DNA of 64,000 nucleotides. Origin: Acetofilamentum sp. (lineage in GTDB: Bacteria; Hydrothermota; 32-111). Below, one piece after another: positions 46,193 to 55,382 of the stretch. The stretch covers positions 24,688-88,687 of the forward strand of contig DYMB01000006.1 of assembly GCA_020721805.1 (NCBI GenBank). Reading direction: 5' to 3'. The notes below the pieces were generated by a model. That model did no database searches, was not told where the DNA came from, and worked only from the letters and a program-made list of their open reading frames with translations. A program made the position numbers and the translations under genes. The stretch's first letter is position 1. Every line of letters starts with the position of its first letter.

Positions 46193-46865
46193 GCACCCCC
46201 TTATCATCAATGAGAATGTAACTGCCCAAATTTTTAAAGTCCCCTATAAAGAATATTCTTTCGTTTTCTGAAATATAATCCATATGAAAATGGGAAATTA
46301 TGATTTTCTTATATTTCTCATACTTTTCAGAGTTATACTCTTTTTCTACCAGTTTGATCTTTGATAATCTATCAACATTTCTTACACCCATCATTTTCGA
46401 AACAAAAATCCCAAGAGAGTATCCTATACTTTCAGGTAAAAGCGAATAGAAAAATTTATCCGATCGATTTTCAAGAACAAAATAAAAGAATTTTTTAAAG
46501 AAACTTTCATCATTGATCCTATGGCCATGAAATAAAAGTATTTCTCCAACTGAGGATTTTAAAATAAGGTTATCATAGATTTCAACTGAAGGAATCTGTT
46601 CTTTCAAATAGCCATCAATAAAAAGATCATGGTTTCCTCTAACAAAAGTGATCAAAAATCTTCTGGAAATTTTTTTAACGAAATCTATCATTCCATCATT
46701 ATGTTTATAAAAACGGTTGCCGTATTCAAAGTAAAATTCAAAAACATCACCAAGAAAAACTATATGTTCCAATTCATACATATTGAAAAGGTTGTCCATC
46801 TTCTGAATAATCTTTTTATCACTATCCGTGTAATGAATATCAGCCAGAACGAGTGTTTTCAACAT
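46176..46865 (-). CDS. Calcineurin-like metallophosphoesterase, LpxH-like (UDP-2,3-diacylglucosamine hydrolase)
   Basis: ADIH, LGDVFEF, RGNHD, FHGH, SHFH motifs. Confidence 0.65.
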   Translation of the reverse strand: MLKTLVLADIHYTDSDKKIIQKMDNLFNMYELEHIVFLGDVFEFYFEYGNRFYKHNDGMIDFVKKISRRFLITFVRGNHDLFIDGYLKEQIPSVEIYDNLILKSSVGEILLFHGHRINDESFFKKFFYFVLENRSDKFFYSLLPESIGYSLGIFVSKMMGVRNVDRLSKIKLVEKEYNSEKYEKYKKIIISHFHMDYISENERIFFIGDFKNLGSYILIDDKGVHVEHI

Positions 46866-47754
46866 AACTCTGATAGATCCAGTTTAGTGTTTCTTCAAGT
46901 GTGTATCTGTTTTTATAACCTGTCAAAGATTTAAAAAGAGCACAGGAGCCATAAAATTCATAGGGTTCATCTTTCCTTATGAGGGATGAATCCTCGTTTA
47001 GTATCAATTTTTTGTTTGAAAGTTTTAAAATGAAATCCACAATATCAAAAAGGAGAACACTTTTTTCGGAACAAATGTTATATATTCCATTTTCAAGATC
47101 CATCGCAAGACGGTATGCAAAGACCATATCCCTTACATCGGTGAAATCTCTTTTTAAATTCAAATTACCAACACTTATCGAATCCCCATCTTCCGCATTC
47201 AAGATCTTGCTTACAAGCGATGGTATAAAAAAATTTTCGCTTTGACCAAAACCGATATGGTTGAAAGCTCTTATTATGATATAACGAATATTAAAATTTC
47301 CATAGTTTTCTATAATCTCTTCACATAATTTTTTAGAGTTCGAATATGGATTCAAAGGTCTCAATTGGTGTTTTTCATCAACTGGAAGGTATTGGGGTTT
47401 TCCATAAACATCTGAGGTTGATATGAATATAAATTTTGTGTTAGTTCTGTTTAATATTTTTAAGGCTTCAAGAATGTTCAAAGTTGATATTATATTAACT
47501 TTATAGGTAAGATAGGGATCCACTAAAGAAACTTTAGTAGAGGATTGTCCTGCAAGATGGAAGATATAATCATAATTTTTTTCCTTTAAGAATGAAAAGA
47601 CCTCCTCTTTTTCTGTTAGATCGAGTTTATACGATGGATAGTCCAATTTTTTATCTAAAAATACAGTTCCTTCAACTTTATAAAAATTTTTTAGTTCTTT
47701 GAAAAGATATGATGCGACAAAACCTTCGGCACCGGTTATCAATACTTTTTTCAT
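46840..47754 (-). CDS. NAD-dependent nucleotide-sugar epimerase/reductase (Rmd/Gmd-like SDR)
   Basis: ITGAEGFV, FHLAGQS, PYSNSK (YxxxK), RAFNHIG, VGNLNLKRDFTDVRD. Confidence 0.85.
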   Translation of the reverse strand: MKKVLITGAEGFVASYLFKELKNFYKVEGTVFLDKKLDYPSYKLDLTEKEEVFSFLKEKNYDYIFHLAGQSSTKVSLVDPYLTYKVNIISTLNILEALKILNRTNTKFIFISTSDVYGKPQYLPVDEKHQLRPLNPYSNSKKLCEEIIENYGNFNIRYIIIRAFNHIGFGQSENFFIPSLVSKILNAEDGDSISVGNLNLKRDFTDVRDMVFAYRLAMDLENGIYNICSEKSVLLFDIVDFILKLSNKKLILNEDSSLIRKDEPYEFYGSCALFKSLTGYKNRYTLEETLNWIYQSYVENTRSG

Positions 47755-48482
47755 AATCCCTTCCTCAGTCTTTCGGCAAGAATCTTTGGTAGTTTCGCAT
47801 CGATAATCTTTTTCATTGCACCATCTATATCGTATTCAACACGGTTGTATTTAACCATCATCTCATCATGATCAAAAATAACATATGATGCCCTGTTATC
47901 ACCATCTCTGGGTTGTCCCACAGAACCAACATTGATTATGTACCTTTTATCATCTTCAATCTTTATGAGATCATCTTCAAGAATTCTTACCTCATCACCA
48001 TTCTTCTCATATGCTACAGGGATATGGGTATGTCCTATAAAAGATATTTTGAAATCGTCTGATAGAAATTCATCTTCAGCCTCATAAACAGATGTTATAT
48101 ATTGCCAGTATAGAGGATTCTGGAGTGTCGAGTGTGTTATTTTAAAATCGGAAAAAGAAAAACTGTATGAAAAATTTTTTATAATTTGAAAATACCTTTT
48201 ATCGATAACTCTTTTTGTCCAGAGTATCGCTTCCCTTGCCGAATAATTGAAAAAACCTATATCGGTTGAACCGATAAGTCCACTTTCATGGTTCCCCATA
48301 ACGATAGATTTTGTTCTGGAAATTACAAGGTCAATACATTCGTTTGGTTGTGCACCATATCCTATAATATCCCCAAGACATAAAATAAAAAGTTCATTTC
48401 CAAACTTTTTTGTAGCATCATCAATTACACTTTTCAAAGCCTGATAGTTTGAATGAATATCGGATATTATTAAATATTTCAT
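47751..48482 (-). CDS. Metallophosphoesterase family protein
   Basis: SDIHSN, LGDIIGYG, GNHE, GHTH, NVGSVGQPRDGD. Confidence 0.9.
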   Translation of the reverse strand: MKYLIISDIHSNYQALKSVIDDATKKFGNELFILCLGDIIGYGAQPNECIDLVISRTKSIVMGNHESGLIGSTDIGFFNYSAREAILWTKRVIDKRYFQIIKNFSYSFSFSDFKITHSTLQNPLYWQYITSVYEAEDEFLSDDFKISFIGHTHIPVAYEKNGDEVRILEDDLIKIEDDKRYIINVGSVGQPRDGDNRASYVIFDHDEMMVKYNRVEYDIDGAMKKIIDAKLPKILAERLRKGL

Positions 48483-48916
48483 TTAAAATCTGCCAAATAT
48501 TTTTCCTTGTTCTTTAATATTTTATCGAGTATACCGTTAACAAAACCACCTGAATCTGCTGTAGAGTACATCTTCGCTATATCTATAGCCTCATCTATAG
48601 CAACAACATCTGGAACATCATCCTGCATAAATATTTCAATAAGTGCTATTCTTAAAATATTTTTATCAATATGTGCCATTCTTTCTATAGACCAATTTTT
48701 TGTTACGCTATCTATAATCTGATTCAATTTATCAAAAAAGAGTACAACCTTGTTGACAAGATTCAACGAATAACTTTTTACATCATCCGTTAAAGGTGAT
48801 TCAACACTTATGATATCATCTATTCTTTTTTCAAGTTCTGAATATTCGTTCATTTCATACATATAAAGTATCTTCAAAGCGAGTATTCTTGCTCTTCTTC
48901 TTTTTCCCACCATCAT
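48479..48916 (-). CDS. nusB: Transcription antitermination factor NusB
   Basis: RRRARILAL, DKNILR, VAIDEAIDIAK, FVNGILD. Confidence 0.96.
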   Translation of the reverse strand: MMVGKRRRARILALKILYMYEMNEYSELEKRIDDIISVESPLTDDVKSYSLNLVNKVVLFFDKLNQIIDSVTKNWSIERMAHIDKNILRIALIEIFMQDDVPDVVAIDEAIDIAKMYSTADSGGFVNGILDKILKNKEKYLADFK

Positions 48917-49377
48917 ATCCTTTTGTAAAGGTTTGCAAGTTCCAGGACAGTCTCTGCAGCGTCGTATCCTTTGTTTCCTGATTTTGTTCCAGCTCTCTCT
49001 ATTGCCTGATCTGTAGAATCAGCAGTTATTATACCAAAAGATAGTGGAATATCAACATCGAGATTGAGTCTGGCTATTCCCTTTGAAACTTCAGAGGCAA
49101 TATAATCAAAATGCGGTGTTTCGCCTCTTATCACTGTTCCAAGACATATAACACCGTTTAAATCTTTATTCTTTTTTAAGACCATTTTGGCAACCTGTGG
49201 AATTTCGAAAGCACCTGGAGCAAGATATAATTTTATATCCTTCTCTTCAACATTGTGTCTCAAAAGACAATCCAAAGCACCATCTATCAAATTTTTTGTG
49301 ACGAAGTTATTAAACCTTGAACAAACGATCGCGAATCTCATTCCCTTTCCATCAAGTTTCCCTTCAAATTTTTCCAT
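48913..49377 (-). CDS. ribH: 6,7-dimethyl-8-ribityllumazine synthase
   Basis: SRFN, PGAFEIP, IRGETPHFDYI, ERAGTKSGNKG. Confidence 0.97.
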   Translation of the reverse strand: MEKFEGKLDGKGMRFAIVCSRFNNFVTKNLIDGALDCLLRHNVEEKDIKLYLAPGAFEIPQVAKMVLKKNKDLNGVICLGTVIRGETPHFDYIASEVSKGIARLNLDVDIPLSFGIITADSTDQAIERAGTKSGNKGYDAAETVLELANLYKRI

Positions 49378-49387
49378 AACTCCTCCT

Positions 49388-50587
49388 TTATATTGTTTTT
49401 AAAATATGCCCAAGTTTTTTCTTTTTTGTTAAAAGATAATTTTTATTATGTTTATTTGGACTTATCTCTATTGGAACCCTTTCCACTATTTTTATTCCAT
49501 AACCTTCCAGTCCAATTATCTTTTTTGGATTGTTGGTTAAGAGCCTTATGGTTGATAACCCAATATCTTTCAATATCTGTGCACCTATTCCATAATCCCT
49601 TAGATCGGGAGGAAATCCAAGTTCTAAATTCGCTTCAACAGTATCAAAACCTTTTTCCTGAAGGTGATAGGCTTTTATCTTGTTTACAAGTCCGATGCCT
49701 CTTCCCTCCTGTCTCAAATACAAAAGAACCCCTTCCTTTTCCCTTTCAATCATTTCAAGGGAAGTTTCGAGTTGTTTTCCACAATCACATTTTTGTGAAT
49801 GAAATATATCTCCGGTAAAACATTCTGAATGGACTCTCACTAAAACATTTTTCTTACCCTTTGGGTTACCCTTTATCAACGCAGCATGAATATGATCGTC
49901 TATATCGGTTGAGTACAACCTTATTTTGAAGTTCCCAAAATCTGTTGGAAGTTTTGCTTCAACTTCTTTATGAATGAGTTTATCAGTTTTACATCTATAT
50001 GAGATAAGATCCTTTATGGTTATTATCTTCAACTTGAATTTTTTTGATATCTTCATCAATCTTTGTAATCTTGCCATTTTACCATCTTCATCCATTATCT
50101 CGCATAAAACACCTGCCGGTTTTAAACCAGCGATTCTGGCAAGATCAGATACAGCCTCCGTATGACCTGCACGTTTTAAAACACCACCCTTTTCGGCCTT
50201 TAAAGGGAAAATATGTCCCGGTTTTGCAAAATCATCAGGGGTAGATTTTTCATCTATAAGCATTTTAATGGTATGCGCTCTATCATAAGCGGATATTCCA
50301 GTATCAACACCTTTTTTAGCATCAACGGATACGGTAAATTTTGTTCCATGAAGGGCAGAGTTGTTTTCACACATAAGTCTTAAACCAAGTCTTGAAAGCA
50401 TCTCTTCGGTCATAGAAAGACATATCAATCCCCGTCCTTCCTTAGCCATAAAATTTATCTTTTCTGGAGTAGCAAGTTCAGCAGCCATTATAAAATCACC
50501 CTCATTCTCTCTGTTTTCATCATCCACAACTATAACAATCTTTCCATTCCTTATATCCTCTACGGCATCCTCTATTCTATCAAACAT
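49388..50587 (-). CDS. ribBA: Bifunctional DHBP synthase / GTP cyclohydrolase II
   Basis: [27 protein letters not shown]...[12 protein letters not shown]. Confidence 0.97.
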   Translation of the reverse strand: MFDRIEDAVEDIRNGKIVIVVDDENRENEGDFIMAAELATPEKINFMAKEGRGLICLSMTEEMLSRLGLRLMCENNSALHGTKFTVSVDAKKGVDTGISAYDRAHTIKMLIDEKSTPDDFAKPGHIFPLKAEKGGVLKRAGHTEAVSDLARIAGLKPAGVLCEIMDEDGKMARLQRLMKISKKFKLKIITIKDLISYRCKTDKLIHKEVEAKLPTDFGNFKIRLYSTDIDDHIHAALIKGNPKGKKNVLVRVHSECFTGDIFHSQKCDCGKQLETSLEMIEREKEGVLLYLRQEGRGIGLVNKIKAYHLQEKGFDTVEANLELGFPPDLRDYGIGAQILKDIGLSTIRLLTNNPKKIIGLEGYGIKIVERVPIEISPNKHNKNYLLTKKKKLGHILKTI

Positions 50588-50590
50588 ATT

Positions 50591-51184
50591 TTACTCCTTT
50601 AAAAATTGGTAAGTATTTTTGGTTATCTGGTTTATTTCTATATTCACTTTATCTCCCGCTTTAATTCCAGTAAAATTTGTTCGGCTTAAAGTTTCAGGTA
50701 TTATATCGAGTACAAAGATATTGTCGAATACACTCTTTATTGTCAAACTCACACCATTTACTGCAATTGAATCATTTTCAACAAGAAATTTTCCATATCT
50801 GGAAACCAGTTCTATCATAATCTCCATTTTGTTTTTATTCGGCTTTGTCACCCTTTTAACATCTCCCACTGTATCCACATGTCCGTATACAAGATGTCCA
50901 CCGATTCTATCTCCAAATTTTAAGGATCTCTCAAGATTTACGACATCTCTGTTTTTATAATACTTTATTATACTTCTCTGGGCTGATTCAAACAAAGCAT
51001 AAAAAGTGATAAAAAGCCCCTCTATTTTTTCAACAGTTAAACAAACACCATCCACTGAAATGGAATCACCATTTTTTATATCGTTTATAAAATCCTTTCC
51101 GGTCGAAATGATTATAGCATAGTCTCCGGAAACTCTTTTTATATCTTCCATTATACCTTTTTCCTCTATTAAACCTGTAAACAT
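50591..51184 (-). CDS. ribE: Riboflavin synthase (alpha chain)
   Basis: MFTGLIEE start, [23 protein letters not shown]. Confidence 0.96.
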   Translation of the reverse strand: MFTGLIEEKGIMEDIKRVSGDYAIIISTGKDFINDIKNGDSISVDGVCLTVEKIEGLFITFYALFESAQRSIIKYYKNRDVVNLERSLKFGDRIGGHLVYGHVDTVGDVKRVTKPNKNKMEIMIELVSRYGKFLVENDSIAVNGVSLTIKSVFDNIFVLDIIPETLSRTNFTGIKAGDKVNIEINQITKNTYQFLKE

Positions 51185-52239
51185 CTATACCTCAAAAAAA
51201 TGTCATTTCCAATTTTTTTTTCCTCTAAAAGTTTAAAGTTTTTATATTTATCTATTATTTTTTCAATATCAAATTTTAAACCTTTTTTCAAATTTATTGT
51301 AGATCTATAAATGTTTATTTCGTCAACCATTTCACTTTTTAAAGCACTTATCAAAACTTTTTTTCCACCCTCTATCATAACTGATATTATCCCTTTATTG
51401 TAAAGATCGTTTTTTATAATATCCCAGCTTTCATTTTTATCTTTGATAAAAATGTATTTCAAATCGCTTCTATCTTTTAGAATATTACGAAATTTTTTTG
51501 AAACGAAAACATATTTTAACCTTTTAGGATCTTTCACTATATTTTTTGAATAATCGAGTTTATTTGAAAAATCAAGAATCAAAATTTTAGGTTTATAATT
51601 TTTTTTGATGTTTCTCGTATCAAGTATCGGGTTATCAACATTTATAGTGTTTGATCCGACAAGTATGGCATCAAATCCAAACCTTTTTTCGTGAAGGTCA
51701 ATTCTTGATTCTTTAGAGGTAATATACTTTTCTGGAAATTCTTTAGAATAGATGAAAGAATCTTTTGAAATGGCAACTTTTAAAAGCAGATAAGTTTTAA
51801 AAGATTTTATGAAACTTTCAAAATAGGGATTAAGTTTTTTTACTTCATTTTCACAAACTCCAACACTAACATTGTATCCTGCTTTTTTCAAAATTTTAAT
51901 CGATTTTCCATTTACTCTGGGATTGGGATCAACCGTTCCAATAACTATTCTTTCAAATGGGATCATTTTTATCGTTTCAACACAAGGCGGTGTTTTCCCC
52001 CAAAAAGAACAGGGTTCAAGAGTTATATACAACGTGCTACCAGCGAGTGATTCCGGTGCACCATTTATAGCCTCAATTTCCGCATGTGGATACCCTGGAC
52101 CTTTGTGATAACCTCTGGAAATAATTCTTTTATCTTTTACTATTACCGCACCAACCAATGGATTTGGGGAAGTGTCTCCTTTGGCTTTTAACGCTTCTCT
52201 TATCGCCTGTCTTATAAATTTTTCATCTTCCTTAAACAT
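51169..52239 (-). CDS. ribD: Diaminohydroxyphosphoribosylaminopyrimidine deaminase/reductase
   Basis: PNPLVG, HAE, TLEPC...TPPC, DAILVG, IEGG. Confidence 0.95.
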   Translation of the reverse strand: MFKEDEKFIRQAIREALKAKGDTSPNPLVGAVIVKDKRIISRGYHKGPGYPHAEIEAINGAPESLAGSTLYITLEPCSFWGKTPPCVETIKMIPFERIVIGTVDPNPRVNGKSIKILKKAGYNVSVGVCENEVKKLNPYFESFIKSFKTYLLLKVAISKDSFIYSKEFPEKYITSKESRIDLHEKRFGFDAILVGSNTINVDNPILDTRNIKKNYKPKILILDFSNKLDYSKNIVKDPKRLKYVFVSKKFRNILKDRSDLKYIFIKDKNESWDIIKNDLYNKGIISVMIEGGKKVLISALKSEMVDEINIYRSTINLKKGLKFDIEKIIDKYKNFKLLEEKKIGNDIFLRYRCLQV

Positions 52240-52264
52240 AAAAAAACCCGATTAAATAATCGGG
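52240..52264 (-). terminator. Riboswitch-associated intrinsic terminator
   Basis: CCCGAUUA/UAAUCGGG hairpin followed by U7, between the FMN aptamer and the ribD ATG. Confidence 0.85.
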
Positions 52265-52270
52265 GCAAAA

Positions 52271-52372
52271 CCTTCTTCCATCCTGACTTTACAGTCGGCA
52301 CCGTAATCTCAACGGTTCAGCTTTCGCTCGCGGGCTTTACCGCCGGTCGGGATTTGCACCCTGCCCCGAAGG
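52271..52372 (-). promoter_or_regulatory. FMN riboswitch (RFN element)
   Basis: Minus strand CCUUCGGGGCAGGGUGCAAAUCCCGACCGGCGGUAAAGCCCGCGA...CCGACUGUAAAGUCAGGAUGGAAGAAGG, upstream of ribD. Confidence 0.96.
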
Positions 52373-52379
52373 AATCTTT

Positions 52380-52407
52380 ATTATATATTAAAAAAAAACC
52401 TTGTCAA
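52380..52407 (-). promoter_or_regulatory. Sigma70 promoter of the rib operon
   Basis: TTGACA-16 nt-TATAAT ending 7 nt before the aptamer. Confidence 0.8.
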
Positions 52408-52494
52408 TAAAATTATATTTTAGTATGATGAGATAAAGAAAATCTTTAAATTAAAAATTTTTAATTTATATAACAATTCTAACTTTGAATGATA

Positions 52495-52522
52495 TTGACA
52501 GACAAAATGATTATTTTACAAT
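52495..52522 (+). promoter_or_regulatory. Sigma70-type promoter of the PEGA-like gene
   Basis: TTGACA-16 nt-TACAAT. Confidence 0.55.
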
Positions 52523-52560
52523 TTAATTAAATAAAAAATTAAACTCTCTATTAAAAATTA

Positions 52561-53359
52561 ATGAAACATAAAAAATTTTTCTTCATCTTATTAAGTTTTG
52601 TTATTTTCTTTCAGTCATTTGCACAAAATGGAACTTTAAAAATTTTTTCTGATATTGATGATATTTCAATATTCATAGATGAACTCTTTGTTGGTAAAAA
52701 TAGTAACAGTATAGATAACCTTCAAAGGGGAACCCATTATCTAAAAATCTTAAAGGATAGCGTTGTTATATATGATACTATAATTTCAATTCTGGAAGAT
52801 GCTACAACAAGTATAGTTATTAAAAATTCACCACAAATAATGGCTAAACTTATTCAGGCAAAGTCCAGACAGTTTAAAGAGTATGAATCGTTAAAGATTT
52901 CAATTGATGATAATATAAATTTTTATCAGGGGAAAAGAAATCTTACACTTTCCGAATATGCTAAAATTTTAGGAAAAGATGTTAAAAAATATGAAAAAAT
53001 AGAGAAAAAAAATCTTTTGGGAAACAAATAAAAGAAAGATAATAAAAAATGTCATCAACACAACCGGATCAATTCTCTTTATTACAGGTTTGACGACAAC
53101 AATTTTAACCTTTTCAAGTATACTTGCCAACTGGCCATCTCTTAACCAAAATATTTACGATGCCCTCCCATATATTGGAAGAGCATCTATTTGGGGATGT
53201 ATCGTTGGATATGGAATTATCACATTTCCAAATACTTCTCAAAAATCTGTGAATTTAAGGAAATATCTTTGTTATGAAGATGAAGAAAAAAGCATTAAGA
53301 TTTATAATGATAGTTTAATAAAAAAACTTGGCATCTCAGAATTCTTTAAAGTCAAATAA
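52561..53359 (+). pseudogene. Frameshifted exported PEGA-like domain membrane protein (ORFs 52561-53031 and 53090-53359)
   Basis: Signal peptide and PEGA-like GTLKIFS...IFIDELFVGK...GTHYLKI; removing one A from the A8 run at 53005-53012 gives an uninterrupted frame into the second ORF. Confidence 0.7.
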
Positions 53360-53456
53360 AATTTAAAGTCCAATTAAAAATTATATTTTTCTATAAAACA
53401 TTTTGAACAGAAAAGAAATTATGCCATTTGATGCCTATTTTTTAATGAATTAAAAT

Positions 53457-54152
53457 TTAAAATTGTAGTGATATATTTATAAAAGGATTAAAATGTTTTC
53501 GATAAAATTCTAAATCCTTATCATAAACAACTCTATATTTAAAACTTTTATAAAACCTTAACTCAAAACCAAAAGAGAATCTTATTATTTTAAATTTAAT
53601 CTCTGGCATAAAGTTTAATCCATATGTTAAAAAATCGTAAGAAAGATTATTTTCGTTAGAAAAATATTTATAATAACCAGTTTGAATTCCGGTTGTTAGA
53701 AAAATAATGTTAAAACCAGAATATGTCAAAATAAAAGGTAATTCAAAACCTACGGTTAGATTTGTATCGGAAATCTCTATATCTTTTTGATAACTATATT
53801 TAAAGTTTGGCAAAGTTGCCATTTTAAGACCAAGTTTATCAAAAAACTGGTATTTAACTCCAAATCCAAATATTGGATTAAAAGGAAATGAAAGACTTGC
53901 ATAGATGTCAATTTTCTTTGTTATCCCCAGACCTCCAAAAAGATTAACAAGTGGGAATGAGAGTCCAAGATTTTTTAAACTATCTCCAATTAAAGAAGCA
54001 TCACTCAAAAATCCAAACTGGCCTCCTGCGCCCACCCTGAAATGAAGAGGTCCAAGGGTATCGGCACTTTTATAGGTTTCTATAGATATGGCTGAACAGG
54101 AAAAAAATAGTAAAAAATAAAGAGTTATAAAAAGTAAAAGAATCTTTTCCAT
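53457..54152 (-). CDS. Putative outer-membrane beta-barrel-like lipoprotein
   Basis: Lipobox-like FFSC, alternating amphipathic strands, C-terminal aromatic (INISLQF). Confidence 0.6.
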   Translation of the reverse strand: MEKILLLFITLYFLLFFSCSAISIETYKSADTLGPLHFRVGAGGQFGFLSDASLIGDSLKNLGLSFPLVNLFGGLGITKKIDIYASLSFPFNPIFGFGVKYQFFDKLGLKMATLPNFKYSYQKDIEISDTNLTVGFELPFILTYSGFNIIFLTTGIQTGYYKYFSNENNLSYDFLTYGLNFMPEIKFKIIRFSFGFELRFYKSFKYRVVYDKDLEFYRKHFNPFINISLQF

Positions 54153-54236
54153 AAAATAATTTTAACATATAAAATATTTTTGTAAAGTAAGAAGATTTAT
54201 TGACTTTTAATATATACTTAATTATTATATATAAAC

Positions 54237-55382
54237 ATGAAAAACAGTAAAGGGAATATATTTGATTCGCAAAACAATTTTGAAAAATTTTTCTGGATTT
54301 TAAATTTAAGAAAAATCTTAATACTTTCATTGATTTCTCTATTTTTCATATTCTACATTTTTAATATACATTTAGAGAACTCTTCCTCAACTTTTTATTT
54401 ACTTGTCTGGCAATTAGTATCTCTGATGTTAAATTTTTTATTTTATTTTTATTTAAAACATCTTGAAAAAAATCAACATGCTCTTATGGATGATGAACAG
54501 TTTAAGTATATCGGTATACTGCAGATCGATTTTGATATCGTTTATACGATAATTACAATACTATTATCAGGTGGACTCAAATCGCCACTTATATTTTTGT
54601 TCACCTATAACATTCTGACTTTAACCTTTATAATACAGGATAAAAATTCATTCTTTTATATGTTGCTACTTTTTGTTTTAATGTTCATATCTGAATTTAG
54701 ATTCACTTTTAAACAATCTTTTCCATATGTCGAATATGTGCCATTAGAAAGGGTTGAAAATATTCTTTTAACTTTTTTAGTTTATATGTGTCTATTTTAT
54801 ATATCAAAATATATATACGACAGGTTGAGTAAAAAACAGAACGAATTGAATGAACTTTATAGAGAGACATATAACCTCTCTATAACCGATAGGTTGACTG
54901 GATTGTTCGACCAAACATATTTCAGGACAAGTGCAACAGATGCACTAAATATAGCAAAATTTAACGGTAACAAACTTGCACTTGTGATGTTTGATATAGA
55001 TAATTTTAAAAAGTTTAACGATACTAATGGACATCTTATGGGATCAAGAGCTTTAATTCAAATAGCTGATATTATGAGAAAGAGTTTTAGAAAAACGGAT
55101 CTTCTCGGTAAATATGGCGGAGATGAGTTTATAATACTTTTAAAGGATATCGATGAGGATTATATATTGTTCGTTCTGGAAAGATTTAAAAAGAATATTC
55201 AAAATCATAATTTTAAAGAGAAAAATTCCGGAGTTTGCAGATTAACCATATCTATGGGGGTTTCATTTTTCCCAAAAGATGGAGATGATCTTGAAACCCT
55301 TATAGATAAAGCCGATAAAGCTTTGTACATCGCCAAAAATGTTGGTAAAAACTCTTTAGCTATTTTTAACGATAGACATTAG
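54237..55382 (+). CDS. Membrane-bound diguanylate cyclase
   Basis: About 5 TM, then TDRLTGL, DIDNFKKFNDTNGH, RKTD (RxxD I-site) and an intact GGDEF. Confidence 0.93.
   Translation: MKNSKGNIFDSQNNFEKFFWILNLRKILILSLISLFFIFYIFNIHLENSSSTFYLLVWQLVSLMLNFLFYFYLKHLEKNQHALMDDEQFKYIGILQIDFDIVYTIITILLSGGLKSPLIFLFTYNILTLTFIIQDKNSFFYMLLLFVLMFISEFRFTFKQSFPYVEYVPLERVENILLTFLVYMCLFYISKYIYDRLSKKQNELNELYRETYNLSITDRLTGLFDQTYFRTSATDALNIAKFNGNKLALVMFDIDNFKKFNDTNGHLMGSRALIQIADIMRKSFRKTDLLGKYGGDEFIILLKDIDEDYILFVLERFKKNIQNHNFKEKNSGVCRLTISMGVSFFPKDGDDLETLIDKADKALYIAKNVGKNSLAIFNDRH

Noticed and set aside
54070-54330. 86-aa minus-strand ORF
   Set aside because: It overlaps the starts of two divergent genes and their AT-rich promoter region and has no recognisable features.
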